From contig OX597815.1 of NCBI GenBank assembly GCA_951406725.2, positions 53,444,001 to 53,508,000 on the forward strand: 64,000 nucleotides of DNA, in the 5' to 3' direction. Shown one piece after another: positions 1-13,610 of this stretch (within the stretch, counting starts at the first letter, position 1; every line of letters begins with the position of its first letter). This stretch comes from Octopus vulgaris (Eukaryota). The notes below the pieces were generated by a model. That model was given only the letters and a program-made list of their open reading frames with translations, was not told the origin of the DNA and ran no database searches. A program made the translations under genes and the position numbers.

Positions 1-587
1 CTTAGCAAAGTACAAGTAAAAAAGCACTTATAGTTTTGGGAAATGGGCATTAGATATAATAGCAAAGAAATAAGCTCTAAGTAAGGATCGAAACCACGTT
101 ACAGACTCGATACTGGGGAATACTGCGTTCTTTTGACAAGGCAGAAAACCCAATTTCCTTATACATAAAATGTTGAAGTTAGTTTTAGAAGCATAAATAG
201 AGTTTTGGAAGTAGATTCCATTGATTTGCAAGAAACTTACTTGTTCTAGATAACTGTGGGCTATATAATTAATTATTAAAATTGTAACTTCTGAAAGAAA
301 ACTATCTTTATAACCAATTAAAGTTGTCTTATTCTGAAACATTATAAAGAATTATTTGGCAAATTGAATACGAATATCAGTTATTGTGACAGCTGTGTAG
401 CGTATATATAAAAATCATGACAGAGGAGGCATGAAAACTTTCTCAGTTTTCAATGTTTATAATAGTTGCTAAAACATGAATATCACCGTAATTTGTAGAA
501 AAATATTCATTTCTAACAGTGAAACGAGACCAAATCTTGTATAAAGGAGGAAGATGCTAACTAAATGCCTCAACTCATTTCTCTCTT

Positions 588-645
<58 letters not shown>

Positions 646-1335
646 TCAATCTTTCTCTCTCTCTCTTTTTAAACTCTGTGAGTCAGGAGACCCTATTGTT
701 CAGTGATATTCAAATCTCTTTTTCATATAGCAGAATAGGATTTGCCAGAGATATTTGACTTATTTATTGCATGACAAGTGATCGCATACAGGTTTCCATC
801 AGTAGTTATATGTTTTGCAGATTCCGCTATGTTGTAAAGCTGTTTTTAATAAAGATATTATAATTACAATTAAATAATCATTCAACATAAACAATATCGA
901 TATAGACATCAAAATGTTAGACGGACATCTTAATTATATAAGAGGTCGAAACGCAGCAGTGGAGATCGCTGGAGTGTCCTGGCTTTGTAGTATAAAAGGG
1001 GTTATAAAATATGGATAACTAGCGGTAGTGTGATCTTAATTAATACATAAATAGCCAATAGATGACAATAAAGTGGCTGTTTTAATGATCTTTATCTTTT
1101 TTATGAGTAATTGTTTGTTGCTGTTGATAGAATTACGATTTGTTGTTCATGGAGTTGTTGCTATTGTAACTAATGTTGTGGTAACTTCTTATTTCTCCTT
1201 TGTTTCATGGTATATTTTATGTGCAATAAGCGCATTTTGGTAGTAGGTGTTTAGTTTTCTGTTGAAGAGTTCAAATGTAGCCGCTAGCACTGTGTTCCTA
1301 CCCGAATGTAGCAATAAACGTAATTTCAATGCAGC

Positions 1336-1415
<80 letters not shown>

Positions 1416-1965
1416 CTATTGTCATCGTCGTCGTCATTGTTGCTGCTGTTGTTGCAGCCCCGGGTCCGCTTTGATTGTGCATACAGCTAACCAAAGTGTT
1501 TGAAGTCTAGGCCGAACGCATTTTTTCAAAGGTATAATCAAATAATTTATCATGCCTATGACAGTTCAACATATCCTTTTTTCTTAGACTGTAATATACG
1601 ATTGGAAAAACATTTAACTGTTATTTGTATCATTTCGAAGTGTTTAATTGGTGTAGGGTTAAAATTCGCATCCAGTTTGTATCGGTGGTTCATTGGATAA
1701 AACACTAAATTCATTTCACTTCCTTCTATAATTTCAAAGAATGATTCTGTGAGAAAGGGATTTAAAATCTATATTTCGAAATTTTAAATAGTCTCAAGAA
1801 AAGAAAAACGTTTGCTTGTGAATCAGGGGTGATATCATAACGTTTGGTTATAATAACGTTTCGTGATCAAAACCAGTAGGAGTATATTTTACATTTTATT
1901 ATTCTAAGATGAAAAAAGAAAGCAAAAACAACTTCCTAGCATTTCAAAGAGTAATGAATAATTAA

Positions 1966-2497
1966 AATGCCCTGATGCAGTACCAAGCAGTGGCTCTCGT
2001 GGTTTCTGATCTGAACTGATTGGAAGTATTATCATGTACATTGTTTTGTCTTGGTATAAAAGATAGGCTACAGCAAATATTCTGCTCAATACTACAGATT
2101 TGCTTGTCAGTTGTTTGACCTTAACCAGTTGAGCATGTCCCTTAGTGGCTGATGATATGTGCATCTCCGATCACGAGTAGAAGTAGTGGGGGAGCATCAT
2201 AGCCATGTGTTGAGAGGGATTCTTTGGGTTTGAATAATTCACCTCTGGAAACATAGGTGTTTCATTCAACAAACCTTATTCAGGGACCTTTTGAGCGGGA
2301 TGGGTTATTCGACCAGAACAAAATTATAACTAAGCCCTACCTGCAAGGTCATGCGTTGTTTGTCTTGATATGAGATCAGCACGTTGTTATGCATGTGCCT
2401 AGTGTACCCTTATCAGAAGGGTAGTCATGATGGGTATACTGGGCTTCGTATATTTTACCACAGTGTTACTTTGATGGGATGCACTGCTCTCTCACTC
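1966..2497 (+). mobile_element. ~530-bp non-coding interspersed repeat with (AAT)n tail (SINE-like, (AAT)n-associated)
   Basis: Starts AATGCCCTGATGCAGTACC and ends GCACTGCTCTCTCACTC followed by (AAT)n. Homologous copies occur at 7306-7607 (-), 30541-30660 and 30716-31262. Confidence 0.8.
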
Positions 2498-2615
<118 letters not shown>

Positions 2616-3658
2616 GGTTATAAACCTGTCTGAATTCCTAAAATATAAACCACCACACCCATCATTGTTACGATTGCTAGGTACCGTATTTTCACATTAC
2701 TCTCGTTGTGAAAATAGGTACCGCATTTTCATATTACTGTCGTTGTTTTTGGAATATCCTCCTTATCACCGTGCAAAAACCTTTATACGTTCGATATCCT
2801 TTATATAACTGTAGGTAACATGTATTGGTTTTGCCAAAACATGCTAGAAACACATGCTTCTGTCTGGTGAAAATTTCCCAAACGTTGAATCAGAACCAAA
2901 ACTAGTGTTGAAATTCGACGAGATGGGCACGTCTCTGAAACTAAGTCACCTTAAACAGCAACATAAACGGCAAGTTATTTCTTGATACAAACAGTCCTTG
3001 GGTTGATTAATGTCATGACCATGAAACTTGAGAAGTGTATGAAAAAGAAAGCTATAAGAAATAACAACGAATATTGTATTATAAGGTCCAAAATATAAAG
3101 TTTAACAGAGATAGGAGAAAACTCTGTATTAATGCTTCTAAATAGCAAAGAATGTATACAAACAATATAATACATATGTAATTAGGGAACATTAAACAAA
3201 ATTATAATATCTACGAATTAGATTACTACCAGGGAATTAGATTAGTATTGTGGAATGAATTCAAGGCCTAGAACAAAAGAAATGAACATAATTACTGGTC
3301 AACTTGATTCGATAGTTAACGACAGTGGCAAGGTGATATATAGGAAATTAAGGAAACGCGAAGTATATAATTAGATAGACAAAGAAAATGACGATAGAAT
3401 TCTGAATCTCTAGTAAGAAATTTCATGTAAACAGAATATTATTGCTGTAGACTCGAAGTTATGTTTGGAACGTTCTTTGCATTAATGATTTGTATAATAA
3501 TTCTTGACAATATACAGCCCGATCACGATTACGGTCAACATTACCATCACCATCACAAACACTAAAGGCAAAAAGAAGCAAGGTCACGGTTCTTTTCAAT
3601 ATAGTAAGGGAGATTGATATCAGAAACATCAAAACTTCAACATCAGAAGGATTATATA

Positions 3659-4941
3659 CGAGGGGCGTTCAATAAGTAATGCCCCTGACCCACTTGCAAT
3701 TATTTAATCTAGTTGAAATTTTGCATGTGCAATTATTTATATCTCTATACATTCAGTGAAAAATTACAGCTCTGAACTAATTGTGGTTTCTGATTTACAG
3801 GTGTTTGAACTGAGTCAAGTGTGAAATGGAGCCTGTTGAGTGTCGAGCAGTGATCCGGTTTTTGTATTTGAAAGGACGCACATCACGGGAGACTTTTGAT
3901 GAAATGAAAGTAACTTATGGTGATGATGCCCCATCATATGACCTTGTAAAACGCTGGCATCGTGAATTCAAACATGGTCGGAACTCTGTGGAAACAGCTC
4001 CCAGATCTGGTCGCCCCCTTTTGCCATTGATGAGGCATATGTCCGTCAAGTTGAGGCTGCAATTTTGGAAGATCGACGCATAACTATTTGCCAAATAGCC
4101 CATGATGTCAAGATTAGTACCAGGTCTGTAGAAACTATCATTCATGACCATTTGCATATGCAAAAGGTGTCTGCCAGATGGATTCCCAGGTTGCTCACAC
4201 CTTCCCAGAAGCAAGAACGCGTCGAGTGCTCGAGGATGAATTTGGAGATGTGCCAAGAAGATGAATCAAAATTTTTCAAAAGACTGATTACACAGGATGA
4301 AACCTGGGTCCATCACTATGATCCAGAGACAAAAGCCCAGTCAATGCAGTGGAAGCACCGTAACTCACCTCCTCCAAAGAAGGCAAGGGTGCAGCCCTCC
4401 GCTGGCAAGGTCATGCTCACAGTCTTCTGGGACCAGGACGGAGTAGTGATGACAGATTTCCTGGCAAAGGGTATCACAATTACAGGAGCCTATTATGCTT
4501 CACTTTTGAGGAAATTAAGAGAAGCTATCAAAATCAAGAGGCGGGGCAAGATCAGCAAAGGCATCCTCTTCCTGCAGGACAACGCTCCGGTCCACAACTT
4601 GCGTGTCGCCAGATCAGAAGCACAGGCGTGCTGCAATGAACTCCTCCCCTACTCTCCTGACCTTGCACCCTCTGATTTTCACCTCTTCCCAGCCATGAAG
4701 TTGTTTTTGAAAGGAAAGCATTTCCCAGATGATGCAGCCTTGATTTCTGAAGTCACGTTGTGGTTGGAAGACCAAGCTGGGGTCTCCTAAAAAAACGGTC
4801 TCCAGAGCTGCATCAAACGATGGGAGATATGCGTAACTCTGGGTGGTTCCTATGTAGAAAAAGACTAATAACTGTGCTAAGTTTCGTTGCTCTACTGCTA
4901 TGGGAAGTGGGTCAGAGGCATTACTTATTGAACGCCCCTCG
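3659..4941 (+). mobile_element. Full-length mariner (Tc1/mariner) DNA transposon, ~1.28 kb, inactivated
   Basis: Terminal inverted repeats CGAGGGGCGTTCAATAAGTAATGCC(C/T)CTGACCCACTT at both ends, flanked by TA at 3657-3658 and 4942-4943, with transposase inside. Confidence 0.96.
3826..4868 (+). pseudogene. Mariner transposase pseudogene (frameshifted)
   Basis: N-terminal HTH (3826-4083) is frameshifted into ORF 4065-4790. That ORF has WIPRLL, ITQDETWVHHYDPETK, FLQDNAPVH and YSPDLAPSD motifs, with D-31-D spacing instead of D34D (the HPP before YSPDLAP is missing). A further frameshift precedes the C-terminal YVEKD*. Confidence 0.93.
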
Positions 4942-5053
4942 TACTTCATACTTCGTCTCATAATGTTTAATGATTCCAGGAGTTTTACATATTTTGACCG
5001 ATTTTTCCAAGTTCCAATATGTTTGGTCTCTGCATTTGCTCGAGTGTTTTGTG

Positions 5054-5086
<33 letters not shown>

Positions 5087-5087
<1 letters not shown>

Positions 5088-5308
5088 TTTATTTTAAGCA
5101 GCAGAAAATTCAACAAAATCTGTTACTCTGAGTTTCTCGTTGCCGTTCATCAGACAGTTTTTGCTAAACTGTCTGATGAACGGCAACGAGAAACTCAGAG
5201 TAACAGATTTTGTTGAATTTTCTGCTGCTTAAAATAAAGCATATTACTCTACCACTGGTATTTGAGTACTCTTTTTTCCACCTTGTTTCACATTTATGTG
5301 TTTACTCC

Positions 5309-5310
<2 letters not shown>
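5087..5310 (+). mobile_element. Palindromic PLE-terminus-like cassette in (TA)n
   Basis: 74-bp perfect inverted arms (5087-5160 and 5166-5239) with a 5-nt loop. The right arm continues to ~5310 and contains a hammerhead core followed by AATAAA. Both sides are (TA)n. Confidence 0.75.
5169..5206 (+). ncRNA. Minimal type I hammerhead ribozyme motif (mirrored on the - strand in the left arm)
   Basis: ctgt-CTGATGA-acggcaacga-GAAA-ctcagag-TA-acag. Stem I is ctgt/acag, stem III is ACTC/GAGT with a 1-nt loop, and the cleavage triplet is GUA. Confidence 0.72.
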
Positions 5311-5953
<643 letters not shown>

Positions 5954-6013
5954 ATAGTACGTTTAAATATTTGTTGTGCAAGATTTTTTTATGTGAAGTC
6001 GTGTGTTGAAACA

Positions 6014-6152
6014 GATATTGTTATATTTCGGAATGGTCATATTGCCAGTTTAGCCAATAAAAACACACTGAAGCAAAATAACACCAAATATATAGTGCGT
6101 GTGTTTTTATTGGCTAAACTGGCAATATGACCATTCCGAAATATAACAATAT
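6014..6152. repeat. Inverted-repeat cassette between (TA)n tracts
   Basis: ATATTGTTATATTTCGGAATGGTCATATTGCCAGTTTAGCCAATAAAAACACAC and its reverse complement are separated by ~30 bp. Confidence 0.8.
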
Positions 6153-6273
6153 ATATATATATATATAGATGAGTGTATTTTTACCTTGTTAACAATTAAC
6201 ACGGAAAAAATAAATAAAGAGTTACCAGGGTAGCAAATGTCTAAAAATGTCTTATTGACGAGTTTCGTTTTTT

Positions 6274-6360
6274 AACTTTCCTGAAGAGAAGATTGCACTG
6301 TTTATACCAATTATTCTTTTGAATAATATCAGTGGATCTTTCGAATCACGTGTCGAAAGT
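6274..6360 (+). ncRNA. Degenerate type I hammerhead motif
   Basis: actttc-CTGAAGA-long stem II (gaagat..cactg/cagtg..atcttt)-cGAAT-cacgtg-TC-gaaagt. GAAA is mutated to GAAT, and stem III is palindromic. Confidence 0.55.
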
Positions 6361-6458
6361 AAAAATATTTGATTTATACCTGCGTTAAACTCCATTCATT
6401 TATTCATATATATATATAAACACATATATATATGTATGCGTGTCTGTGTGTCTTTTAT

Positions 6459-6522
<64 letters not shown>

Positions 6523-6524
6523 TT

Positions 6525-6705
6525 TCTTTTATCAATTCTTTTACTTGTTTCAGTCATCAGATTGTGGCCATGCTTGGGCACCGCCTTGAATTTTGGTCGA
6601 ACAAGTCGACCCCAGTACTAATTTCAATCGAAAACTTTCACAAACCGTTAAGTTACGGGGACGTAAACACACCATCACCGGTTTACAAACAGTGGTGTGG
6701 GACAA
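6525..6705 (-). mobile_element. 3' part of tRNA-derived SINE family A
   Basis: Reverse complement of the family A tail (GTCCCCGTAACTT...CAGCATGGCC...TGACTGAAACAAGTAAAAGA) seen at 42504-42900. Confidence 0.75.
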
Positions 6706-7305
6706 TATATATATACATATTGTGTATCCTGTATTGTGTCTACAGTTAGATATATCATTGCTACATATAGATTAATAACCAACTAGTCTTCTTTCTGTAT
6801 AGTGGTTTAAGAACTGTTGATGTTAGTAGTATCTGTGCCAACGTATGTTTCTCCGTTGTATTTGTTTGGGATTCTGCATTGGCTGCTACATGTGCAACTG
6901 GATACTTAACTACAACGATTCATCGGGAAAGTCCTTATTCCATAGAGTTTAGTCCTCTGTAACATAATGGAATAAAGTGTTTCCCGATGACCCATTGTGC
7001 TTCAACAGCCAATTCTACTAGGGATATCAAATGCAGAATTCCAAACACACACGATGGGGAAATGTACATACGAACAAATTATATAATCCTTTGTTTATCG
7101 TATTTTCCCATTTATATATGTGCCTATTTATGTGTGTCTGCGTGTTGTATGTGTATGACTGTGTGTATATTTGTAAATATGTATGAATATTTATATCTAC
7201 ATTTATCTATATACATATTTATACACATACATACATACATACATACATACATACATACGTTCATACATACATGCATACATGAAAGTAAGTAATGTAACAC
7301 TGTTA

Positions 7306-7606
7306 GTTCCAGTGGAGATTATTCCCCTAATCTTAAAATTCAAACCCCAAAGAATTCCTCTCAACACATGGCTATGATGCTCCCCCACTACTTCTACTCG
7401 TAATCAGAGATGCACATATTGTCAGCCACTAAGGGACATGCTCAACTGGTTAAGGTCAAACAACTGACAAGCAAATCTGTGGTAATGAGCAGAATATTTG
7501 CTGTAGCCCATCTTTTATACCAAGACAAACAATGTACATGATCGCACTTCCAATCAGTTAAGATTAGAAGCCACGAGAGCCACTGCCTGGTACTGCATCA
7601 GGGCAT

Positions 7607-7607
<1 letters not shown>
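7306..7607 (-). mobile_element. 5' portion of the (AAT)n-associated repeat family
   Basis: Reverse complement of the start of 1966-2497, abutting a long (ATT)n tract. Confidence 0.8.
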
Positions 7608-8189
<582 letters not shown>

Positions 8190-8269
8190 CAGAAAATATA
8201 AGGAATGGTAAATATGTGGTAGCTTTCTGTTAAAGCACGGTCACACTTTCTCAGTGTTCGTTATGTGTA

Positions 8270-10288
8270 TAGTAAATGAAAGATGGAAGATACGAAAACT
8301 TTTATTAATCACGATAATTGCTTCGACATATCTAGCATGGATCCTTCGAGGGTAGGATACTCAACAACTAGTTCAAGAGCATCCGACGCTCCAGATGTGT
8401 CTGTTCGGGTGATAAATAGTTACAACTCTTTAAAATAACGGTTCCGCAATATATCTTCTCATTTCGTGTAAAGGAAAACAGGAAAAGAAAGGATATATCT
8501 TCATGTATATAGAAGATCAAAAATATAATAACAGATGCAAACAACGAAAACAACACGCTATACAGCGAGAAAAGTATGAAAAATAAACGTTAACGGATAT
8601 GGATGTATAAACTCCCTCGCACAAGCTGCATGGCGCATGTACAGTCGCTCATACAAACATGCACGAAGATGTAAACATAGGCACACATGTGGTTTGGTGC
8701 ACACAAGTTTACATAGCCAGTTAAAAAGCTACCTGGCATTTATAAGAATGGAGGAGATTAAAGTAAACTTAATTCAGCCATACCTTAAAGTAAGTTATGT
8801 TAACAGTTATTCAAATTCATTCTCACTGCATTGTGTAAAAGTACATTTATATGCATGTAGGTATCTTGAGATTCTTTCAGAAATTTTATTAATGGTCTTC
8901 TCATTGGTCCACAGAATAGACAGGGATTCCTCGGAGCAGAGTCGGCATCTCCTGGAAATGATATTGTATGGTTTTGTGTGCAGTACCATGGGTCAAGCTA
9001 TGTTGCACTTCATTTGATCATCCTTCAGTGGCCACACAAAATCGGCCAAAGATGTTGAGTGCCTCCTATTGATTCTCTTGAAGTTGGTGACATGGTTTCG
9101 ATAACGATTCATAAATGAATCAGCCGTTCGCTCAATGTAAACATACGGCCCTCCCCTTCTGTGCACGGTACATTTCTATATGAACACCACCTTGTACTTA
9201 ACTCCATGTCCCCCTACATGGCCTTGCTATTTGCTTTTGAGCCAAATTAACTAACTAACTAACTAACTAACTAACTACAAGATTTGTAACTATATCATAA
9301 TCATTTCTGCTATCACAATTTGGCTGTATTTGTTGCTTTTCATTGCGGTTTACCTCTCCTTCTTTGCTATTTAGATGCGTATGTTTGCTAGATCCAGTAG
9401 GTGGGTTATTGAACTGTTGTCGCATCTTACTATGGTTCCTGCGGTGCATATGCTGCTCTAGATTAGTAGAGTTAGCGTAGGATACCTTCTCGGAGTGCCG
9501 ATTAAAATTAGCAAGGAATCTATCAGTTTTGGGAAAACATTTGTCTAAGGCAGCAAAAATTTTCCTGCGATCTTGGCTGAAACATGCGATCTGAAAATTG
9601 GGTTGAACCAGAGGACATCATGATTCCTATATCTGTTGTTTATCTTATTTTATCTACTGTGTTGTACAGGATTAGAACAATTTATTGTGTTACGAACAGC
9701 TGGATTATTGTGCCGTGTGTGCCTATGCGTTTTCGTTGGTAGTTCGTTGCCTTGACGAATTCTTCCTGGCCTGTATTCTCGATCTGGCTAAGTTCTCATA
9801 CAGTAACGTTGTGATAGTGTACAATGTGTATTACTACTGTAGGAAATTTGACAGTATTGTGTATGCCTGCTTCTTGTATATATTGAATTTTCTCACGGTA
9901 CCTAGCCCTAGCTAAAACAGGATTATAAAAAGCTGCGTATGATTCGAAAATTCTTTTGTTAGCGGATAATCTAGAAATTCATGTAGAAATATTCTTAACT
10001 AATGCCCGTATTATCGAGTGGATGGTTAGATGCTACACTTACGTACTTAATATGATCATTTGGCTTGTGAAATGGTTTAAATAATCCAGTATCAAGACAG
10101 AAGGTAGCGTCAAGAAAATTTACTCTTCGATAATCTTAATTTTTTTAGAAATCTAAAGAAATGTTTCCTATGTAGTAGGAATGGATTTTGTGGAACTGTT
10201 AGCATAATTTACTTTAAGGTAGATGTGTGGAAACAATTGTTGTGGTTAATAAAAATTCTCGTATCTTCCATCTTTTGTCTTTCATTTA

Positions 10289-10292
<4 letters not shown>
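8270..10292 (-). mobile_element. Degenerate, 5'-truncated Penelope-like retroelement (RT thumb + GIY-YIG) with inverted terminal segment
   Basis: Minus-strand translations with stops and frameshifts give VNFLDATFCLDTGLFKPFHKPND..YV..ASNHP; VLWFNP..; LDKCFPK..FNRHSEKVSY; VYIERTADSFMNRYRNH..HSTSLADFVWPLKD..; CRLCSEE..INKISE. Segment ~10217-10292 is an inverted homologue of ~8270-8340. Confidence 0.82.
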
Positions 10293-10377
<85 letters not shown>

Positions 10378-11253
10378 GTTGTTGTATTTCGGGGTGGTCT
10401 TTTTTATGGTAAATAAACTCATGCACTCTATTTTTGTTCTTCACTCGTTTGTTACTGTTCTTATTTTAAACTCATGTCCATTGTCCAGAAATCTTTCGTC
10501 ACACACCTGTGACCTCTTCAATAAAACTTCCCGTCCTCGTGTGTGCTCCTGCTCCAAGCGAGATTGGTATAGCAGGTTAGTGTCTCTATTCTAATAATAA
10601 GGGGAAGACAGCAAAAAACCGAAGAGTGACATAGTGAAATGATTCAAGTTTGTAGGACTTATAGAAAGGCTTTGCTGATATAATTAGCCAGATATGGGTT
10701 AATGTTTAAAGTACTTTTAGCTTCATTTTCAAATGTCACATTGTAATAATTCACGTTCTACTGCAATGTAAAAAGAAAACACGATATTGATTGGAAACAG
10801 AGAAAGGTTGCGTGGAGACAACATCTCGATTGATTGATATGAATTGACTGCAATTTCATTCATTCGTACACTTTGTCTCACCATAACTTTTCCAGAACAT
10901 AAAATGGCGTTTAAGTGACAAGTGATATGTGAGAATGAAAGGAAAACATGTGGTTGAATATGATATTATTTCTGTTACGGGCTAACACTACTTTGAACCG
11001 AATAAGCCACGTAGAAACCGCAACATTGATTCTCGACTTGCTAGCGATATCATCCAAATATCCTTCCAATCGCACACTAGTGTCTGTGTTAGTAGTTCAA
11101 GGCATGGTGTGCCAGAAAAAACAAAAGACAAGAAGGTCACAGCTGGAAACACCTTTAATCACAGATGAGATAGATCAGAGCTGATAAAGTGCTAAACAAC
11201 ATCTACAACAATCATAAATTAATAAATTATTTAGTAATATCAAACGAAACTAA

Positions 11254-11447
11254 GGCGGCAAGCTGGCAGAATCGTTAACACTCCGGAAAAATGCTTCGTC
11301 TTTACGCTCTGAGTTTAAATTCCGCCAAGGTCGACTTTGCTTTTCATCCTTTCGGAGTCGAATTAAGTACCAGCTGAGCACTGGGATCGCTGTAATCATC
11401 TTGCCCCCATTCTCCGAAACTGTTAACCTTGTACCAAAATTTGCTAG
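11254..11447 (+). mobile_element. tRNA-derived SINE family B (Nin-like central domain)
   Basis: GGCGGCAAGCTGGCAGAATCGTTA head, B-box-like GAGTTTAAATTCC, then GGTCGACTTTGCTTTTCATCCTTTCGG..AAGTACCAG. Many copies occur in the window. Confidence 0.78.
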
Positions 11448-11690
11448 CAATATTAAATGATGCCAGCATTATGTGACGAATTCCGATATTTCCAGAATTA
11501 ATTCTATATAATTCTAAAACATTAGACATAAATAAAGAACCTTTGTTAGCGTTCACATTTAAATCTATCGCAATCCAACAAAATCGATAAAAATGATCGA
11601 GGAGAAACTTAATTTTATGAAGCGGACACACACACAACAAATTGGTTATGGATTTTCTCTTTGTCTCTCCACCTCTCTCTCTCTCTCTCA

Positions 11691-11721
<31 letters not shown>

Positions 11722-12123
11722 TATAAGTACCGAGTGTAATCTTATTATATGATATCTTAACCAAATATTTCTACAACCTTGGGTGCACACAAAGCTTACT
11801 TTGGAATCGACTTTACCTGTGACATGAATTAAATCTGGTCACATATTGGGGCTAATGTGGCTTGGGAATTATGTATATGATACATGCCTTTGTGTCATAC
11901 TCAACCATACACGCACGTGCACACAGATACACACACACATACACACACGCACAAACTCATATGTATGTTATGATTTCGTTTAGGCATAGCAATTCTAACC
12001 AGTTAGAAATTCAGTTCATTTATGCTGTGGAGTAAATCACTAAGAAAGTACTGGGCACATTACTTCATATATCTAAAAGCGCTGTAGGCTAATAACGGTT
12101 AATAGATAGATAGACAGACAGAC

Positions 12124-12210
<87 letters not shown>

Positions 12211-12362
12211 ATAGAAATATGTATTGGAGTCTAATATGAAGAAAATACTTTCTATTAACTCTCCATTCTTTACTACGTATGTATGTATGTATGTATGTAT
12301 GTATGTATGTTTGTATGTATGTTTGTATGTATGTATGCATGCATGTATGTATGTATGTATGC

Positions 12363-12419
<57 letters not shown>

Positions 12420-12527
12420 TAGCTGTTCACTACCAGTGAACTAAGGTAACACCTCTTATTATTTTAACACCTTCCGGAGTATTTTCTTCAAGTGCTCCAC
12501 CTTTATTGCAGCCCCAATTTGTTCCAC

Positions 12528-12632
<105 letters not shown>

Positions 12633-13288
12633 AAGTTCACAATACATGTATTAAAGCTCTACTAATAGCTTCATATGTTGAGAGAACTCAAATACATTCT
12701 TCATGTTCAAACCACATATCATAACGAACTAAAAAATTAAACAAATAGAAGAAACGCAATGATGCTGAGAAGGCAGCATATAGAAAACTCAGACAGTAAA
12801 CAACGGAAAACGAACAGCAGAAAACGAAACTAAAGTGTCAAAAGGTAAAATGCGCTATCCTCCTTAAGCCTTAAATGTTAAGGCTTGAAAGATATCAAGT
12901 CAGTCAGGGATAGGCGGAATTTTCCAATTCTTTATAATATATTTATACATATGCATGCAACCACTGAAAATTTCTGACATGGAGTTCAATAGAAAGTAAG
13001 GGATCTTGGATCTGAACAGGATCTGCGCTCTTTCAGTCAAACAAAGTCTACTTTTTTCTATCCATTTACATAAGGTATGGATTTCCAGCATCATAGCGTT
13101 TCTTCTAGTTATTCAATTACTTAGTTCGTTATGATATGTGGTTTGAACCTGAAGAATATGTTTGAGTCTCTCAACATATGAAACTATTTGTAGCTCTTTA
13201 GTACATGTATTGTGACTTTTAAATAATAATATTTATCTCTCACGTTTTTGTTGAATTTCCTATCACGGTTCAGTACATGATATATATA

Positions 13289-13379
<91 letters not shown>

Positions 13380-13499
13380 AATAATATATAAATATACGTA
13401 TATATACATCCTAATATGTATATACATACATATATATGTATATATACATGCATATATGGGTACAGGACATAAAAAAAAACGTAGACAAAATGAGAAACG

Positions 13500-13610
13500 A
13501 GACATGCAACATAAACAATATTCCCCTCATCAGCTGTCCCCAGCTTTATCTACGCGGAGATAAAGCATAGGACAACTGATGAAGGGAATGTTCTTTATGT
13601 TGCAAGTCTC
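13500..13610. repeat. Imperfect inverted repeat (PLE-terminus-like remnant)
   Basis: GAGACATGCAACATAAACAATATTCCCCTCATCAGCTGTCC..GCTTTATCT pairs with AGATAAAGC..GGACAACTGATGAAGGGAATGTTCTTTATGTTGCAAGTCTC. A related ACAACTGATGAAGGG occurs on the - strand at ~61460-61475. Confidence 0.65.

Noticed and set aside
28-342. 104-aa minus-strand ORF
   Set aside because: No recognisable domain or splice context.
2990-3480. Possible decayed LINE AP-endonuclease remnant
   Set aside because: Too degenerate to support by eye; needs a translated search.
13571-13610. CTGATGA in the inverted repeat as a hammerhead
   Set aside because: No downstream GAAA, stem III or cleavage site.
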